Source of the DNA: Nitrosopumilus sp.
Lineage (GTDB): Archaea; Thermoproteota; Nitrososphaeria; Nitrososphaerales; Nitrosopumilaceae
Assembly (NCBI GenBank): GCA_029861785.1
Contig: JAOTYR010000001.1
Coordinates: 2,636 to 66,635, forward strand
Length of the DNA: 64,000 nt
Direction of reading: 5' to 3'
Below are positions 27,777-37,884 of this stretch, piece by piece. A program made the position numbers and the translations under genes. Numbering within the stretch: position 1 is the first letter of the stretch; each line of letters opens with the position of its first letter. The notes beneath the pieces are model-generated. The model worked only from the letters and a program-made list of their open reading frames with translations, made no database searches and was not told the DNA's origin.

Positions 27777-29066
27777 ATGTCTGAATATACCGGATATATA
27801 GGAAGATCATTAGAATTTCTAAAATTAAATGATCTTGTAGTTGGAGATTCAGTCAAGATCTTATCAGACCTAACTTTTTCTGGGATAATTATGCCTAGAT
27901 ATGAGCACAGTGACGATAAACATGTTGTTCTAAAATTAAACAGTGGTTATAACGTTGGATTAGAGATAGACAAAATTGAAAATGTTGAGAAATTATCCAC
28001 AGCTGAAAAAAATGTTGAGAAAATACAAAAACTCGAAACAAATCCATCATTACCAAAAATACTTCTCTTGTCTACTGGTGGTACGATTGCAAGCAAGGTG
28101 GATTATAGAACAGGTGCAGTTACACCAATCTTGACTGCTGAAGAACTAAATTCATCAGTACCTGAATTAGCAAGAATTGCTAATATAGATACTGAAGTAT
28201 TATTTTCAGAATATTCTGAAAATATTATGCCAGACCATTGGTTAAAAATTGCTAAAAAATTAGAAGGATATTCTAATTCGGATTATTCAGGAATTATTAT
28301 TGCTCATGGAACAGATACCATGCATTATACATCATCATTTCTTTCTTTTTCATTATCAGGATATCCAATTCCTATTGCATTAGTTGGCTCTCAAAGATCT
28401 TCAGATAGAGCATCTTCAGATGCTGCTCTTAATTTAATTGGAGCAACTAAATTTCTAGTTGAATCTAAAACTAAAGGAATCTATGTAATCATGCATTATG
28501 ATGAAAGTGATGAAATTATAGCTTGTCATTTTGGTACTAGAGTAAGAAAAAACCACACAAGTAAAAGAAATGCATTTCAAACAGTTGGAGATTCTCCAGC
28601 ATATCTCATCTTTAATAATAATATTCAGAAAAATACTAGAGAGAAGTTCTTTAAAACAAAAGTCTTCAGTCCAAAAATTCATCTTGATACAAAAGTTGCA
28701 TTGATAAAATACTATCCAGGTTTTGATTCAAAGATTATAGAAAAAATAATTGAAATGGGATATAAAGCCATAATTTTTGAAGGAACTGGTTTAGGACATA
28801 TTGGAAAAACAATGTATGAATCAATAAAAAAAGCACATGAAAATGGCATTTTTTTAGGTATGACTTCTCAGTGTATTGAGGGAAGAGTACGCATGACTGT
28901 ATATGAAAGTGGACGAGATTTACTTAATTTAGGAATTATCCCACTAGAAAATATGATTCCAGAAGTAGCACTAGTTAAAACTATGTGGGCAGTTGCAAAT
29001 TCAAGAGATAATGAAGATTTAAAAAAAATTATGTTAGAGAATATTTCCTCTGAGATATCTTATTAG
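27777..29066 (+). CDS. gatD: Glu-tRNA(Gln) amidotransferase subunit D
   Basis: Asparaginase-like core (LSTGGTIASKVDYRTGAV, HGTDTM) preceded by the GatD N-terminal domain. Confidence 0.9.
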   Translation: MSEYTGYIGRSLEFLKLNDLVVGDSVKILSDLTFSGIIMPRYEHSDDKHVVLKLNSGYNVGLEIDKIENVEKLSTAEKNVEKIQKLETNPSLPKILLLSTGGTIASKVDYRTGAVTPILTAEELNSSVPELARIANIDTEVLFSEYSENIMPDHWLKIAKKLEGYSNSDYSGIIIAHGTDTMHYTSSFLSFSLSGYPIPIALVGSQRSSDRASSDAALNLIGATKFLVESKTKGIYVIMHYDESDEIIACHFGTRVRKNHTSKRNAFQTVGDSPAYLIFNNNIQKNTREKFFKTKVFSPKIHLDTKVALIKYYPGFDSKIIEKIIEMGYKAIIFEGTGLGHIGKTMYESIKKAHENGIFLGMTSQCIEGRVRMTVYESGRDLLNLGIIPLENMIPEVALVKTMWAVANSRDNEDLKKIMLENISSEISY

Positions 29067-29085
29067 AAAATGGAAGTTTTGATAA

Positions 29086-30987
29086 TTGTCTGAATTTATT
29101 ATTGAAAATGTTGGATTAAAGGTTGGTTTGGAAATTCATCAACAATTAGCTACTAATAAAAAATTATTTTGTAATTGCAAACCAATTGAATCTGATGAAT
29201 ATACTAGTAAATTTCAAAGAAAATTGCGAGCAGTAAAAAGTGAATTGGGAAAGTATGATCCTGCAGCTTTATTTGAAAAATCAAAATCAAAGACAATAAT
29301 GTATTATGCAAATCCTCAAAGTAGTTGTCTTGTAGAAAAAGATGAAGAACCACCCCATGATTTGGATAAAGATGCAAGAATACTAGCTTTGATTATTGCA
29401 TCTTCCTTAAAATCAAATATTTTTCCTGAATTATACCCAATGAGAAAAACAGTAATTGATGGTTCAAACACAACAGGTTTTCAACGAACCATTTTAATTT
29501 CGCAAGGTGGTTATATTGAAGTTAATGGAGATAAAATTGGTGTGCAATCAATTTGTCTAGAAGAGGATGCAGCAAAGCTTCTCGGAGATAAGGGAACTAT
29601 TAGAGAATATAGTCTTGACCGACTTGGGGTACCACTAGTTGAAATAGCATTAGATCCTGTTGAAGGAAAACCTGTAGAAATTAAAAAAATAGCATTGTCT
29701 CTTGGAAAATTGTTAAGAAGTACTAAAAAAGTAACAAGAGGCATTGGATCAATTCGACAAGATGTAAATGTATCTGTAAAAGATGGTGGAGCTGTAGTTG
29801 AGGTTAAGGGTGTTCAACAATTAGACCAATTAGAAAAAATTGTAGAATTTGAGGCTAAAAGACAATATGGCTTGGTCAAAATTGCTAAAAAATTACAAGA
29901 TTCAAATTTTCTGGGAATATCAAAAGATAATGTTTATGAGATAACCAATAATTGGAAAAATTGCCCATCAAAAATCATTCAAAAAGCCCTAAAAGACAAT
30001 TCCATTATCAAAGCAATAAAAATTCAGAATTTTGTAGGAATGTTTGGATATTCTCCCTACGAAGGAATTAGACTAGGAAAGGAGATAGGACAACTAGTAA
30101 AATTTTATGGGATTGGGGGAGTTTTTCATTCAGACGAGTTACCAAATTACGGAATAGAAGAAGAAGATATTATTATTGTAAAAAAAGTGCTTGACATTAA
30201 AGAGAATGATGCCTTTTTGATAATAGCTGCACCTTCATCTAAAATTGGCTTTGCTATAGACTCGATAATCAACAGGATCAACCAAGCCTCTAGTGGAGTT
30301 CCTGCAGAAACTAGATTGGCTACTCCAAATGGGGATACCGTATTTCTTAGACCGCGTCCAGGGGCTTCTAGAATGTATCCTGAAACTGATATTCCACCAA
30401 TTACTCTATCAAAAAATGAATTAGAATATGCCGAAAAAAATATTCCTAAACCTTGGAATGAATCTCTTGAAGAAATTCGAAAAAAATATGGTTTGAATGA
30501 ACAATTAGCTGAACAAATTTTTGATTCACCATATATTGATTTGTTTGAAAAAATTGTGAAAAAAACATCAGTTAATTCAACTTTTATTGCTTCGGTACTT
30601 TGTTCTTCAATAACTAGATTAGAAAGAGATGGATTGAACTCGAAATTGTTAAAAAATGAAGAGATTACAAAAGCCTTTGAACTTTTGGAAAACGGAAAGA
30701 TAACTAAAGAATCTATTGATATAATTTTTGAGAATATTATGGGTGAAAAATCAAATACCATCGAACAGGCTCTTAAAAATACCAAAATTGAGACAGTTGA
30801 CGAGATTAAATTGGAAAAAATAATTGGAAAAATAATAGATGAAAACAAAGGATTAATCCAAAATCAAAAAGAAAGAGCTATGGGTCCATTAATGGGAATT
30901 GCCATGAAGGAGCTTAGGGGAAAAGCTCCTGGAGAGATTATAAATAATCTTCTTTTGAAGAATATTAAGAAAATCTTGGAGAATTAG
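29086..30987 (+). CDS. gatE: Glu-tRNA(Gln) amidotransferase subunit E
   Basis: 633 aa. GatB/E catalytic N-terminus (GLEIHQQL...KLFCNC), a GatE-specific insertion and a C-terminal YqeY-like tail. Immediately follows gatD. Confidence 0.9.
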   Translation: MSEFIIENVGLKVGLEIHQQLATNKKLFCNCKPIESDEYTSKFQRKLRAVKSELGKYDPAALFEKSKSKTIMYYANPQSSCLVEKDEEPPHDLDKDARILALIIASSLKSNIFPELYPMRKTVIDGSNTTGFQRTILISQGGYIEVNGDKIGVQSICLEEDAAKLLGDKGTIREYSLDRLGVPLVEIALDPVEGKPVEIKKIALSLGKLLRSTKKVTRGIGSIRQDVNVSVKDGGAVVEVKGVQQLDQLEKIVEFEAKRQYGLVKIAKKLQDSNFLGISKDNVYEITNNWKNCPSKIIQKALKDNSIIKAIKIQNFVGMFGYSPYEGIRLGKEIGQLVKFYGIGGVFHSDELPNYGIEEEDIIIVKKVLDIKENDAFLIIAAPSSKIGFAIDSIINRINQASSGVPAETRLATPNGDTVFLRPRPGASRMYPETDIPPITLSKNELEYAEKNIPKPWNESLEEIRKKYGLNEQLAEQIFDSPYIDLFEKIVKKTSVNSTFIASVLCSSITRLERDGLNSKLLKNEEITKAFELLENGKITKESIDIIFENIMGEKSNTIEQALKNTKIETVDEIKLEKIIGKIIDENKGLIQNQKERAMGPLMGIAMKELRGKAPGEIINNLLLKNIKKILEN

Positions 30988-30999
30988 TAATGATTTGTA

Positions 31000-31084
31000 T
31001 GCGGGAGGTGGGATTTGAACCCACGAACTCCTAGAAGATAAGGATCTGAACCTTACACCGTTGGCCAGGCTGGGTGACTCCCGC
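31000..31084 (-). tRNA. tRNA-Leu (anticodon CAG), class II with a long variable arm
   Basis: Manual fold: acceptor GCGGGAG/CUCCCGC, 3-bp D stem, anticodon stem UAAGG/CCUUA with loop UUCAGAU, long variable arm, T arm GUGGG-UUCAAAU-CCCAC. No encoded CCA and no intron. Confidence 0.9.
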
Positions 31085-31165
31085 AATTTGAAACTTGAAA
31101 ATCTAGAATAAGTTTCTTTATTACACAGTTTTTTAAAATCGATCCAAGTAACTTACTGTGATAAA

Positions 31166-31330
31166 ATGAAATTTAGAGAAATTTATTGTAATAATTGCAA
31201 GAAGGTGTTAGGTCGATATAATACCAAATACTACGATAGTGGTAAAATTAAAGAAATATTAAATTCTAGACATTCAACACATGTGCGGAAAGGTCATCGA
31301 GTGGTATTCAGAGATTTTTTCAAAGAATGA
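31166..31330 (+). CDS. Micro-protein (54 aa) with a CxxC...HxH motif, hypothetical
   Basis: ATG ORF below the track cutoff: MKFREIYCNNCKKVLGRYNTKYYDSGKIKEILNSRHSTHVRKGHRVVFRDFFKE. No family recognised. Confidence 0.3.
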   Translation: MKFREIYCNNCKKVLGRYNTKYYDSGKIKEILNSRHSTHVRKGHRVVFRDFFKE

Positions 31331-31405
31331 TCAAGGTATTGAATTTAATTTGTTAACAGCATCTGAAAGAGAAGAAATTATTTTTAAAATAGAAATATGC
31401 ATATT

Positions 31406-31866
31406 CTAAGGTTGGGAGTAAATTAAAAAAAATTTCTTATATTCTAAAAATTTTTTGTTATTTAGAGGAGAATCATCAATAAAGAGATCGTAGTCCAAAT
31501 CTGCCTTCATTGTTCCATCTATTACAGAGACATAATTTTCATATTTTACTTCATGTAGTTTTGGGCAATTTTTTAAAAAATATCAGTAGACAATTCTCTT
31601 GCTGTAACAATATCTACCTGACCAAATTCAGCTAATTCTTTTGTAATTTGAGACAAATAAGGCTCAGTTGGAGGAAGAATATGCCAATTTTTCCAACATA
31701 ACGTTAGTTCTTTGTAAAAATTATATCTATTTATGTCGAATTTTTTCCAAAAATCCCAGGTTGTAATTTCTTCTTTAAAAATAGTAGGCCTAATTTGATT
31801 ACTATAGCTTAACCAAGATTCAATTACATCTGCTATAACTCCATCAACATCTAAGGCAATTTTCAA
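31406..31866 (-). pseudogene. HAD-superfamily 5'(3')-deoxyribonucleotidase-like gene interrupted by a frameshift at a T6A6 run
   Basis: ORF 31573..31866 carries HAD motif I (DVDGVIADV) and motif II (DIVTAR), then stops. The next frame continues ...KNCPKLHEVKYENYVSVIDGTMKADLDYDLFIDDSPLNN... with motifs III/IV (K, DD) to the stop at 31406. The junction is ATTTTTTAAAAAAT (31571-31581). Confidence 0.7.
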
Positions 31867-31876
31867 TTTTTAATAA

Positions 31877-32959
31877 CTACTCAGATGAATTTTGAAACTC
31901 TTGTAAAATATTTTTTTGATGCTTGCTAATTTTTTTTGGTATGTTTACCACAACTCTGATATATTGATCTCCTCGACCTCGAGAATTCATTCGTGGTAAT
32001 CCTTTTCCTTTTAATTTGATTATAGTATTTGGTTGACTACCTGCTTCAATTTTTATTTTTTCATTTCCATTTAAAACTGGAATAGTTACTTCTTTTCCAA
32101 GAGTAGCGTCAATCATTGAAATATCTTGATCATAAAAAATATCTGCTCCATCTCTTTTAAAATTTTGATGAGATAAAATACGAATCCTAATAATTAGATC
32201 TCCGTTCATACCTCCAGGAATTTCATCCCCTTCATTTGGAATTGTGTAATCGCCATTATCAACACCTGGTGGTATATCAAAAGATAATTTTTTGATTCCT
32301 TTTTTCTTACCACTTCCTTTGCATTCAGTACAGGGCGTTTCAATTATTGATCCTTTACCTCTACACGAAGTACAAGGCTCAACGGTTACAAAAGAAGCAA
32401 ATCCCATGCTTCTACTTTTACGAACTTGACCTTGTCCTTTACAACTACTACAAGTTTTTTGATTTGTTCCAGATTTACAACCTGAACCATTACAAGTATT
32501 ACATTCAATATTTTTATTTAATTCTATTTCCATTTTTTTTCCAGAAAAAACATCCTCTAAAGTGATTGAAGTCTCATATAGAAGATCAGATCCTCTTTGT
32601 TGTTGTGCCCCAAAACCTCCTCCTCTGCCAAATATTGATTCAAAAATAGAGTCAAATCCTCCTCCACCTCGTCCAAAAATATCGCTAAAATTTGCACTAG
32701 CACCTTGGAAAATATCATCAGAGCTATATCGCCCATCAACTCCTGCATGACCGTATAGGTCGTAAATTTTTCTTTTCTCAGGATCCGAAATAACAGCATA
32801 TGCTTCAGAAATTTCTTTAAAATGTTCTGCTGCTTCTTTAGTTTTGTTTCTATCAGGATGAAACTTTAAAGCTAATTTTCTATATTGAGACTTAATTTCG
32901 TCTACAGGAGTAGTTTTTGAAACTCCTAAAACCTCATAATAATCTCGTTTGGCAGTCAT
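31877..32959 (-). CDS. dnaJ: Chaperone DnaJ (Hsp40)
   Basis: J domain with HPD (KFHPDRNK), a G/F-rich linker and four CxxCxGxG repeats (CNTCNGSG, CSSCKGQG, CTSCRGKG, CTECKGSG). Confidence 0.95.
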   Translation of the reverse strand: MTAKRDYYEVLGVSKTTPVDEIKSQYRKLALKFHPDRNKTKEAAEHFKEISEAYAVISDPEKRKIYDLYGHAGVDGRYSSDDIFQGASANFSDIFGRGGGGFDSIFESIFGRGGGFGAQQQRGSDLLYETSITLEDVFSGKKMEIELNKNIECNTCNGSGCKSGTNQKTCSSCKGQGQVRKSRSMGFASFVTVEPCTSCRGKGSIIETPCTECKGSGKKKGIKKLSFDIPPGVDNGDYTIPNEGDEIPGGMNGDLIIRIRILSHQNFKRDGADIFYDQDISMIDATLGKEVTIPVLNGNEKIKIEAGSQPNTIIKLKGKGLPRMNSRGRGDQYIRVVVNIPKKISKHQKNILQEFQNSSE

Positions 32960-33008
32960 GAATTAATCTTTAATTGTTATTGCTGTATAAACGATTAATT
33001 TCCTAGAA

Positions 33009-34889
33009 TTAGTTATTTTTTGTTTCATCAGTTGAAGATGATTCAGAAGCTTGTTCAGTTGTTGTTTGCTCTTGTCCCTCACCTGTTTGGTTTTGTGATT
33101 CTTTACCTCTTTCTTGCTCTGAACCTGGAGGTGGTGTAGCGTTTTTGTAAAGTTCAGTAGTAATTTCATTTACTGTTGATTTTAATGCCTCTAGTTTTGG
33201 TTTTAGTTCATCTACTTCTTTATCTAATACTTCTTTTACTTCTTTTACTGCATCTGTAACCTTAATTCCTTGTTCTTGGGAAATTTTATCCTTAAGGTCA
33301 TGATTAACTAATTTTTCTGTGGTGTAAATGAAACTTTCAGCCTCATTTTTAAGATCAATTTTTTCTTTTTTCTTTTTATCTTCTTCAGAGAATTTTTCTG
33401 CATCTTCTTTAAGTTTTTCAATTTCTTCTTTGGAAAGTTTTGTGTTAGACTCAATTGTAATTGTAGCTTCTTTTTGTGTACCAAAATCTTTTGCTGTGAC
33501 ATTAATTATCCCATTTGCATCTATGTCAAATTTCACTTCAATTTGGGGAACACCTCTTGGTGCAGGTGGTAAATCAGTTAGATTGAAGCTTCCCAAAGAT
33601 ACGTTATCATTGGCCATGGGACGTTCTCCCTGGACTACGTGAATCGTAACTGCGGTTTGGTTATCTGCCGCAGTTGTGAATACCTTACTTTTTGATGTTG
33701 GAATCGTGGTGTTACGCTCAATAAGAGGCTCTCGAACTCCCCCCATTGTTTCAATACCTAACGTCAATGGAGTCACATCTAATAATACAATATCGCTTGT
33801 GACATCTCCCGCAATTATGCCTGCTTGAATAGCTGCTCCCATTGCAACGGCTTCCATTGGATCTACACCTGATTCTACATCTTTTGCTAAAACTTCACTA
33901 ACAAATTTTCTAACTAAGGGAATTCTTGTGGGTCCTCCAACCATTACTATTTTGTTAATATTTGATTTTGTTAATTTAGCGTCTTCAAGAGCTTTTTCTA
34001 TAGAAGGTCTACAACGTTCAATTATTGGATTTATTAATTCATCTAATTTTGCTCGTGTTATCCTTAATTCAAGGTTCTTAGCACCTGAAGAAGGATCATG
34101 TGAAATGAAAGGAAGATTGATGTCTGTTTCCATTACAGTAGAAAGTTCAATTTTTGCTTTTTCAGAACCTTCTCTAATTCTGGTCATTGCTGTAGTATCT
34201 TGTGAAAGATCTAATCCTTCTTTTTTCTTAAATTCGTCTAGGACATAATCAATTATCACTTTATCCATATCAGTACCACCTAATTGGGTATCGCCTGAAG
34301 TACTCATTACTTCAAATACACCACCACCCATTTCCATGACAGTAACATCCAAAGTTCCTCCACCAAAATCAAAAACAAGGATTTTCATATCTTGTTTAGC
34401 TTTATCTAACCCAAAGGCTAATGATGCTGCTGTTGGTTCATTGATTATCCTTACTACATCTAAACCTGCAATAGTACCAGCATCTTTTGTTGCTTGTCTT
34501 TGATTATCGTCAAAATATGCGGGAACTGTAATTACAGCTTTTTCTACTGGTTCCCCTACAAAAGCTTCTGCATCTTTTTTTATTTTCTGAAGAATAAAAG
34601 CAGAGATTTGTTGGGGTTTGTATTCTTTGTCTTGAATTTTAAAGATATGATCACTCCCCATTTTCCTTTTTGCTGCAATTATGGTACTATCAGGATTTGT
34701 TACAGCTTGTCTTCGTGCAGGTTCCCCAACCAAAAGATCCCCTTCTTTTGTAAATGCCACAACTGAGGGAAATGCTTTACCTCCTACAGTTGCTCCTTCA
34801 GCAGCTGGAATAATTGTAGGCTTACCACCCATAATTACAGAGGCAGCTGAATTACTTGTTCCTAAATCAATTCCTATTATTTTAACCAT
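33009..34889 (-). CDS. dnaK: Chaperone DnaK (Hsp70)
   Basis: [21 protein letters not shown] and other Hsp70 signatures. 626 aa. Confidence 0.95.
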   Translation of the reverse strand: MVKIIGIDLGTSNSAASVIMGGKPTIIPAAEGATVGGKAFPSVVAFTKEGDLLVGEPARRQAVTNPDSTIIAAKRKMGSDHIFKIQDKEYKPQQISAFILQKIKKDAEAFVGEPVEKAVITVPAYFDDNQRQATKDAGTIAGLDVVRIINEPTAASLAFGLDKAKQDMKILVFDFGGGTLDVTVMEMGGGVFEVMSTSGDTQLGGTDMDKVIIDYVLDEFKKKEGLDLSQDTTAMTRIREGSEKAKIELSTVMETDINLPFISHDPSSGAKNLELRITRAKLDELINPIIERCRPSIEKALEDAKLTKSNINKIVMVGGPTRIPLVRKFVSEVLAKDVESGVDPMEAVAMGAAIQAGIIAGDVTSDIVLLDVTPLTLGIETMGGVREPLIERNTTIPTSKSKVFTTAADNQTAVTIHVVQGERPMANDNVSLGSFNLTDLPPAPRGVPQIEVKFDIDANGIINVTAKDFGTQKEATITIESNTKLSKEEIEKLKEDAEKFSEEDKKKKEKIDLKNEAESFIYTTEKLVNHDLKDKISQEQGIKVTDAVKEVKEVLDKEVDELKPKLEALKSTVNEITTELYKNATPPPGSEQERGKESQNQTGEGQEQTTTEQASESSSTDETKNN

Positions 34890-35472
34890 TTTTACCTTTA
34901 CCTTGTTTTTTTGAAATTTCTACTAGTGTTGGTCTAATAATCTTATTATGAGAAATATATCCTTTCCTGATTTCTTTGGTTATTGTGTTGTCATCAAGTT
35001 CAGGATCACTGATTATGGAGATTGCTTCATGTAAATTAGGATCGAAAATTTCCCCCAAGGCATCAATTGGAGTTACATGATTCTTTTCAAGTAAGGAATT
35101 CATATTTTTTAAAATAGAATCCAATCCCTCAATATTTCCTTCATTATTTGCAAAAACTTCTTTTGCTCTAACAAAATCATCATAAATTTTAAGAAATTCT
35201 AACATAAACTGGGCTAATTTGATATTTATTCCATTTTTAACTTCAAATTCAGTTTTTTTATTTAAATTTTGGAAATCTGCTATAACATGTTTTAATTTAT
35301 TTTCTAAATCTTGTGATTTTTCCTTTTCTTTTTCCAAAAGAATTTTCAATTCTTCTGAGGAAATATTTTTATCAATTTCTAGGATCAGATTTTTTTCCTT
35401 GCTATTATTATGCTCGGAAATGATAGTAACTGGAATTTCATCCGAAGTTTTTTCATCTGACATTTCAAACAC
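34882..35472 (-). CDS. grpE: Nucleotide exchange factor GrpE
   Basis: Coiled-coil N-terminus and GrpE C-terminal beta domain ([21 protein letters not shown]). Overlaps the dnaK start by 8 nt. Confidence 0.85.
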   Translation of the reverse strand: MFEMSDEKTSDEIPVTIISEHNNSKEKNLILEIDKNISSEELKILLEKEKEKSQDLENKLKHVIADFQNLNKKTEFEVKNGINIKLAQFMLEFLKIYDDFVRAKEVFANNEGNIEGLDSILKNMNSLLEKNHVTPIDALGEIFDPNLHEAISIISDPELDDNTITKEIRKGYISHNKIIRPTLVEISKKQGKGKNG

Positions 35473-35498
35473 AGTAATTGATAAGCTAATTTATACTC

Positions 35499-36653
35499 TT
35501 ATTGAATGGTTTCACATAAAGGATTTGCTTTAACAATAATTAGATTAGAATCTTTTTTATTTTTTTCAATATTTTCAAAATCTCCTTTTGAACAAGCTAC
35601 TACTATAGTAGTTTTATCGCTATGAAATAGATCTAAATGAGGATCCTCATAAGCCTCAACATCACCAATATAATCCCGTAATCGCGAAGTTAGATTTTGT
35701 AACATTTCAATTTTATCCCCTCTCATTGCATGTTGATCAAGAGTCCAGGATATTGCAATCTTTGTTCTACTTGCTTTAAGATCGTTTTTCTTTAAGGTAG
35801 CCCGTATTTCATCAATTAATCTTTTAATGTATCCATCTATTCCTTTAACACTTCCATTAATTAGGTACATGAGAGTATTTGCTCCTTCAAAGGAGGAACC
35901 TAGTGATTTTAGATCATGTAACCCGGTAACCATGTCATCTAAGAATATTTCTTGAAAGACATCAGATGAAAGATCCTTCTTTGTAATATCATCTTGGGCG
36001 TATTTACAAACTTCCAAAATGCTACAAAGGCTTGAAAAGTTAGACAAAACATTGATTGCATGAAAATGTTCCGACGAAGAAATTGCAACAAATTTTTTTT
36101 CTTTCTTTCCTGTAGATAACAGCTCAGCTAATTTTGGATCTTCTTTTCCATTATATGACCCAATTGTTTTTGGTTGTTGATTTAGATCTTCTAAAGGATA
36201 GTAAAAATAAGAGATTTGTTTTCCAATTTCTAAACCAGTAATATGCTCTAATAATGAAATATTTTCATTGTTTCCACCAAACCCTGTTGGCAAGGTGTAG
36301 ATGATAGAACTATTCTTTTTTAGAGAATTTGTTGCATCTTTAAATTTGGAGTGAATTTCTGTTTTTATATCCTGGCCAGTTTTCCTTACTCTGGGAGTAA
36401 AAAAAAGATATTGAGCCTTTGAAATTGCAACATCTATTGGTTCCATTGCCAATAATGGTTCATCTTCTTTTAGCGAAGTAACATTTGGATAAATTTTAGC
36501 GATTTCCGCTTTTAGCGAAATAGCGGAGGGATTAGATTCATCTATAATGTAGACATCTGCACCTTTCATTGCCATTTGAGAGGCAATTGCATATCCCTCT
36601 GTACTTAGACCATATACGACAACTTTTGATCCAACCATTACATTGACAGCCAT
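35499..36653 (-). CDS. Hypothetical protein with an N-terminal Rossmann-like domain (distant nucleotide-sugar-dehydrogenase-like architecture)
   Basis: SKVVVYGLSTEGYAIASQMAMKGADVYIIDES resembles a degenerate GxGxxG beta-alpha-beta unit. The three-part layout loosely recalls the UDP-glucose/GDP-mannose dehydrogenase fold, but no catalytic Cys motif is seen. It ends 26 nt before grpE. Confidence 0.4.
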   Translation of the reverse strand: MAVNVMVGSKVVVYGLSTEGYAIASQMAMKGADVYIIDESNPSAISLKAEIAKIYPNVTSLKEDEPLLAMEPIDVAISKAQYLFFTPRVRKTGQDIKTEIHSKFKDATNSLKKNSSIIYTLPTGFGGNNENISLLEHITGLEIGKQISYFYYPLEDLNQQPKTIGSYNGKEDPKLAELLSTGKKEKKFVAISSSEHFHAINVLSNFSSLCSILEVCKYAQDDITKKDLSSDVFQEIFLDDMVTGLHDLKSLGSSFEGANTLMYLINGSVKGIDGYIKRLIDEIRATLKKNDLKASRTKIAISWTLDQHAMRGDKIEMLQNLTSRLRDYIGDVEAYEDPHLDLFHSDKTTIVVACSKGDFENIEKNKKDSNLIIVKANPLCETIQ

Positions 36654-37037
36654 AATCGACTAAGAAAAACTTATTGAACTTATGATTAGGAGGAAAAATA
36701 CAATGAATTTTTGGATTTTGCTCAACCTAGAAGTACAATAATACTCAGATTTGCTTAATTTACTTTGTGCATAATTTTGGAAAGTGTAATAAAAATCCCT
36801 GAGAAGAATTATTTTATAAATAATCTCCTAAAAGTGAATCAAATTCCTAAAAATTCCTCAAAAAACTACTAGTATTATTTTATGATGGAATAAAAAAGAC
36901 AATAATAGTTTAGAGTAATTATAGATTTCAATTATTAAAATTACTTGATGTAATTTAGGAATGTTAAATGATTTTTCTATTTCCAAAATTAAGATGATAA
37001 AAAGTTCATTAAGGGAATTAGTCTGCTGGATTTTGTA

Positions 37038-37110
37038 AGCCCGGTAGTGTAGCGGTCAAGCATAGGGGCCTTTGGAGCCCTTGACCCCAGTTCGAGTCTG
37101 GGCCGGGCTA
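37038..37110 (+). tRNA. tRNA-Gln (anticodon TTG)
   Basis: Manual fold: acceptor AGCCCGG/CCGGGCU, D arm, anticodon stem GGGGC/GCCCU with loop CUUUGGA, T arm CCCAG-UUCGAGU-CUGGG, discriminator A. Confidence 0.9.
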
Positions 37111-37122
37111 CTAGTCTGCTTT

Positions 37123-37884
37123 TCAAAAATCTAATTTAGTAAGAAGTTTGGTTGCAATAAGAAATAAAATAGACGCAATTATTGCAAGAATTCCCATTTC
37201 AATAATTACAAATTCATTAACATTTCCAAAAATTCCAGCCCGAATTATATCAACTAAATAGGTTAGTGGATTCAAGTAAAAAGCAGTTTTTAGAGGTTCT
37301 GGAGCTCCTGAGGCTGGATAAAATGCGGTACTTACAAAAGCAAAGAAAAGAAATGCCGTGTTTAAGATTACATTAAATCCTTCACTAGATCGTAATTTAG
37401 TTGCAATTATTGATGCTATTGAACCAAACAGAACTGATCCAGTTACTGCTGCAAAAACTATCAAAGGAATTGTAAACAGAGAGAATTCAATAGAATCAAA
37501 AAATACTGGATACCCAATTAGTGCAATCAATGCTGCACTTACCAAACCAATAATCCCGATTGTACAAATATTACTCAAAATATAATTTGCTCTGGTAAAT
37601 GGTCCAGACATAATTTGTTCAAACATTGCGTATTTCCTATCGTTCCAAATAATGATACCGGAAACTAAGGTACTATTCATAATGTTAAATCCAATCATTC
37701 CAGACGCCAAAAAAGCTGGATATGCTAACCCCCTGATACCATAAGGAACTTCTTGTATTAACGAAGAATAAGCAAATCCAGCAATAAAGATGTAAATCAC
37801 TGGGAAAATTATTTGCCAAAGTAAAAATGCCGGATTAATAGAAATTGTTAAATTTCTATTTACAAGTCTAATTATTGGATACAT
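37123..37884 (-). CDS. ABC-2 type transporter permease
   Basis: 253 aa with about six hydrophobic segments. Overlaps the upstream ATPase gene by 17 nt. Confidence 0.8.
   Translation of the reverse strand: MYPIIRLVNRNLTISINPAFLLWQIIFPVIYIFIAGFAYSSLIQEVPYGIRGLAYPAFLASGMIGFNIMNSTLVSGIIIWNDRKYAMFEQIMSGPFTRANYILSNICTIGIIGLVSAALIALIGYPVFFDSIEFSLFTIPLIVFAAVTGSVLFGSIASIIATKLRSSEGFNVILNTAFLFFAFVSTAFYPASGAPEPLKTAFYLNPLTYLVDIIRAGIFGNVNEFVIIEMGILAIIASILFLIATKLLTKLDF

Noticed and set aside
30147-30848. 233-aa antisense ORF inside gatE. Similar long antisense ORFs occur at 53613..54068 (in aIF2gamma), 7503..7967 (in arfA), 57644..58078 (in the UPF0182-like gene), 39197..39598 (in the RPA-like gene), 24923..25309 (in rpl2) and 22493..22867 (in the M50 protease gene).
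   Set aside because: Each lies wholly inside a confidently identified gene on the opposite strand. Their products are low-complexity and Ser/Ile/Phe-rich with no motifs. They are the expected shadow ORFs of AT-rich coding sequence.
31087-31572. Possible integrated-element remnant next to tRNA-Leu (micro-ORF plus a broken HAD gene).
   Set aside because: No integrase or recombinase fragment is present. No direct repeat of the tRNA 3' end was found nearby, and the composition does not differ from the surroundings.
36654-37037. C/D-box or other small RNAs in the long AT-rich gaps (also 3016..3254 and 57365..57711).
   Set aside because: I found only imperfect box-like strings (e.g. ATGATGG, GTGATAA), none with correctly spaced C/D'/C'/D partners or terminal pairing. 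This is not supportable by eye, and a covariance-model scan would be needed.
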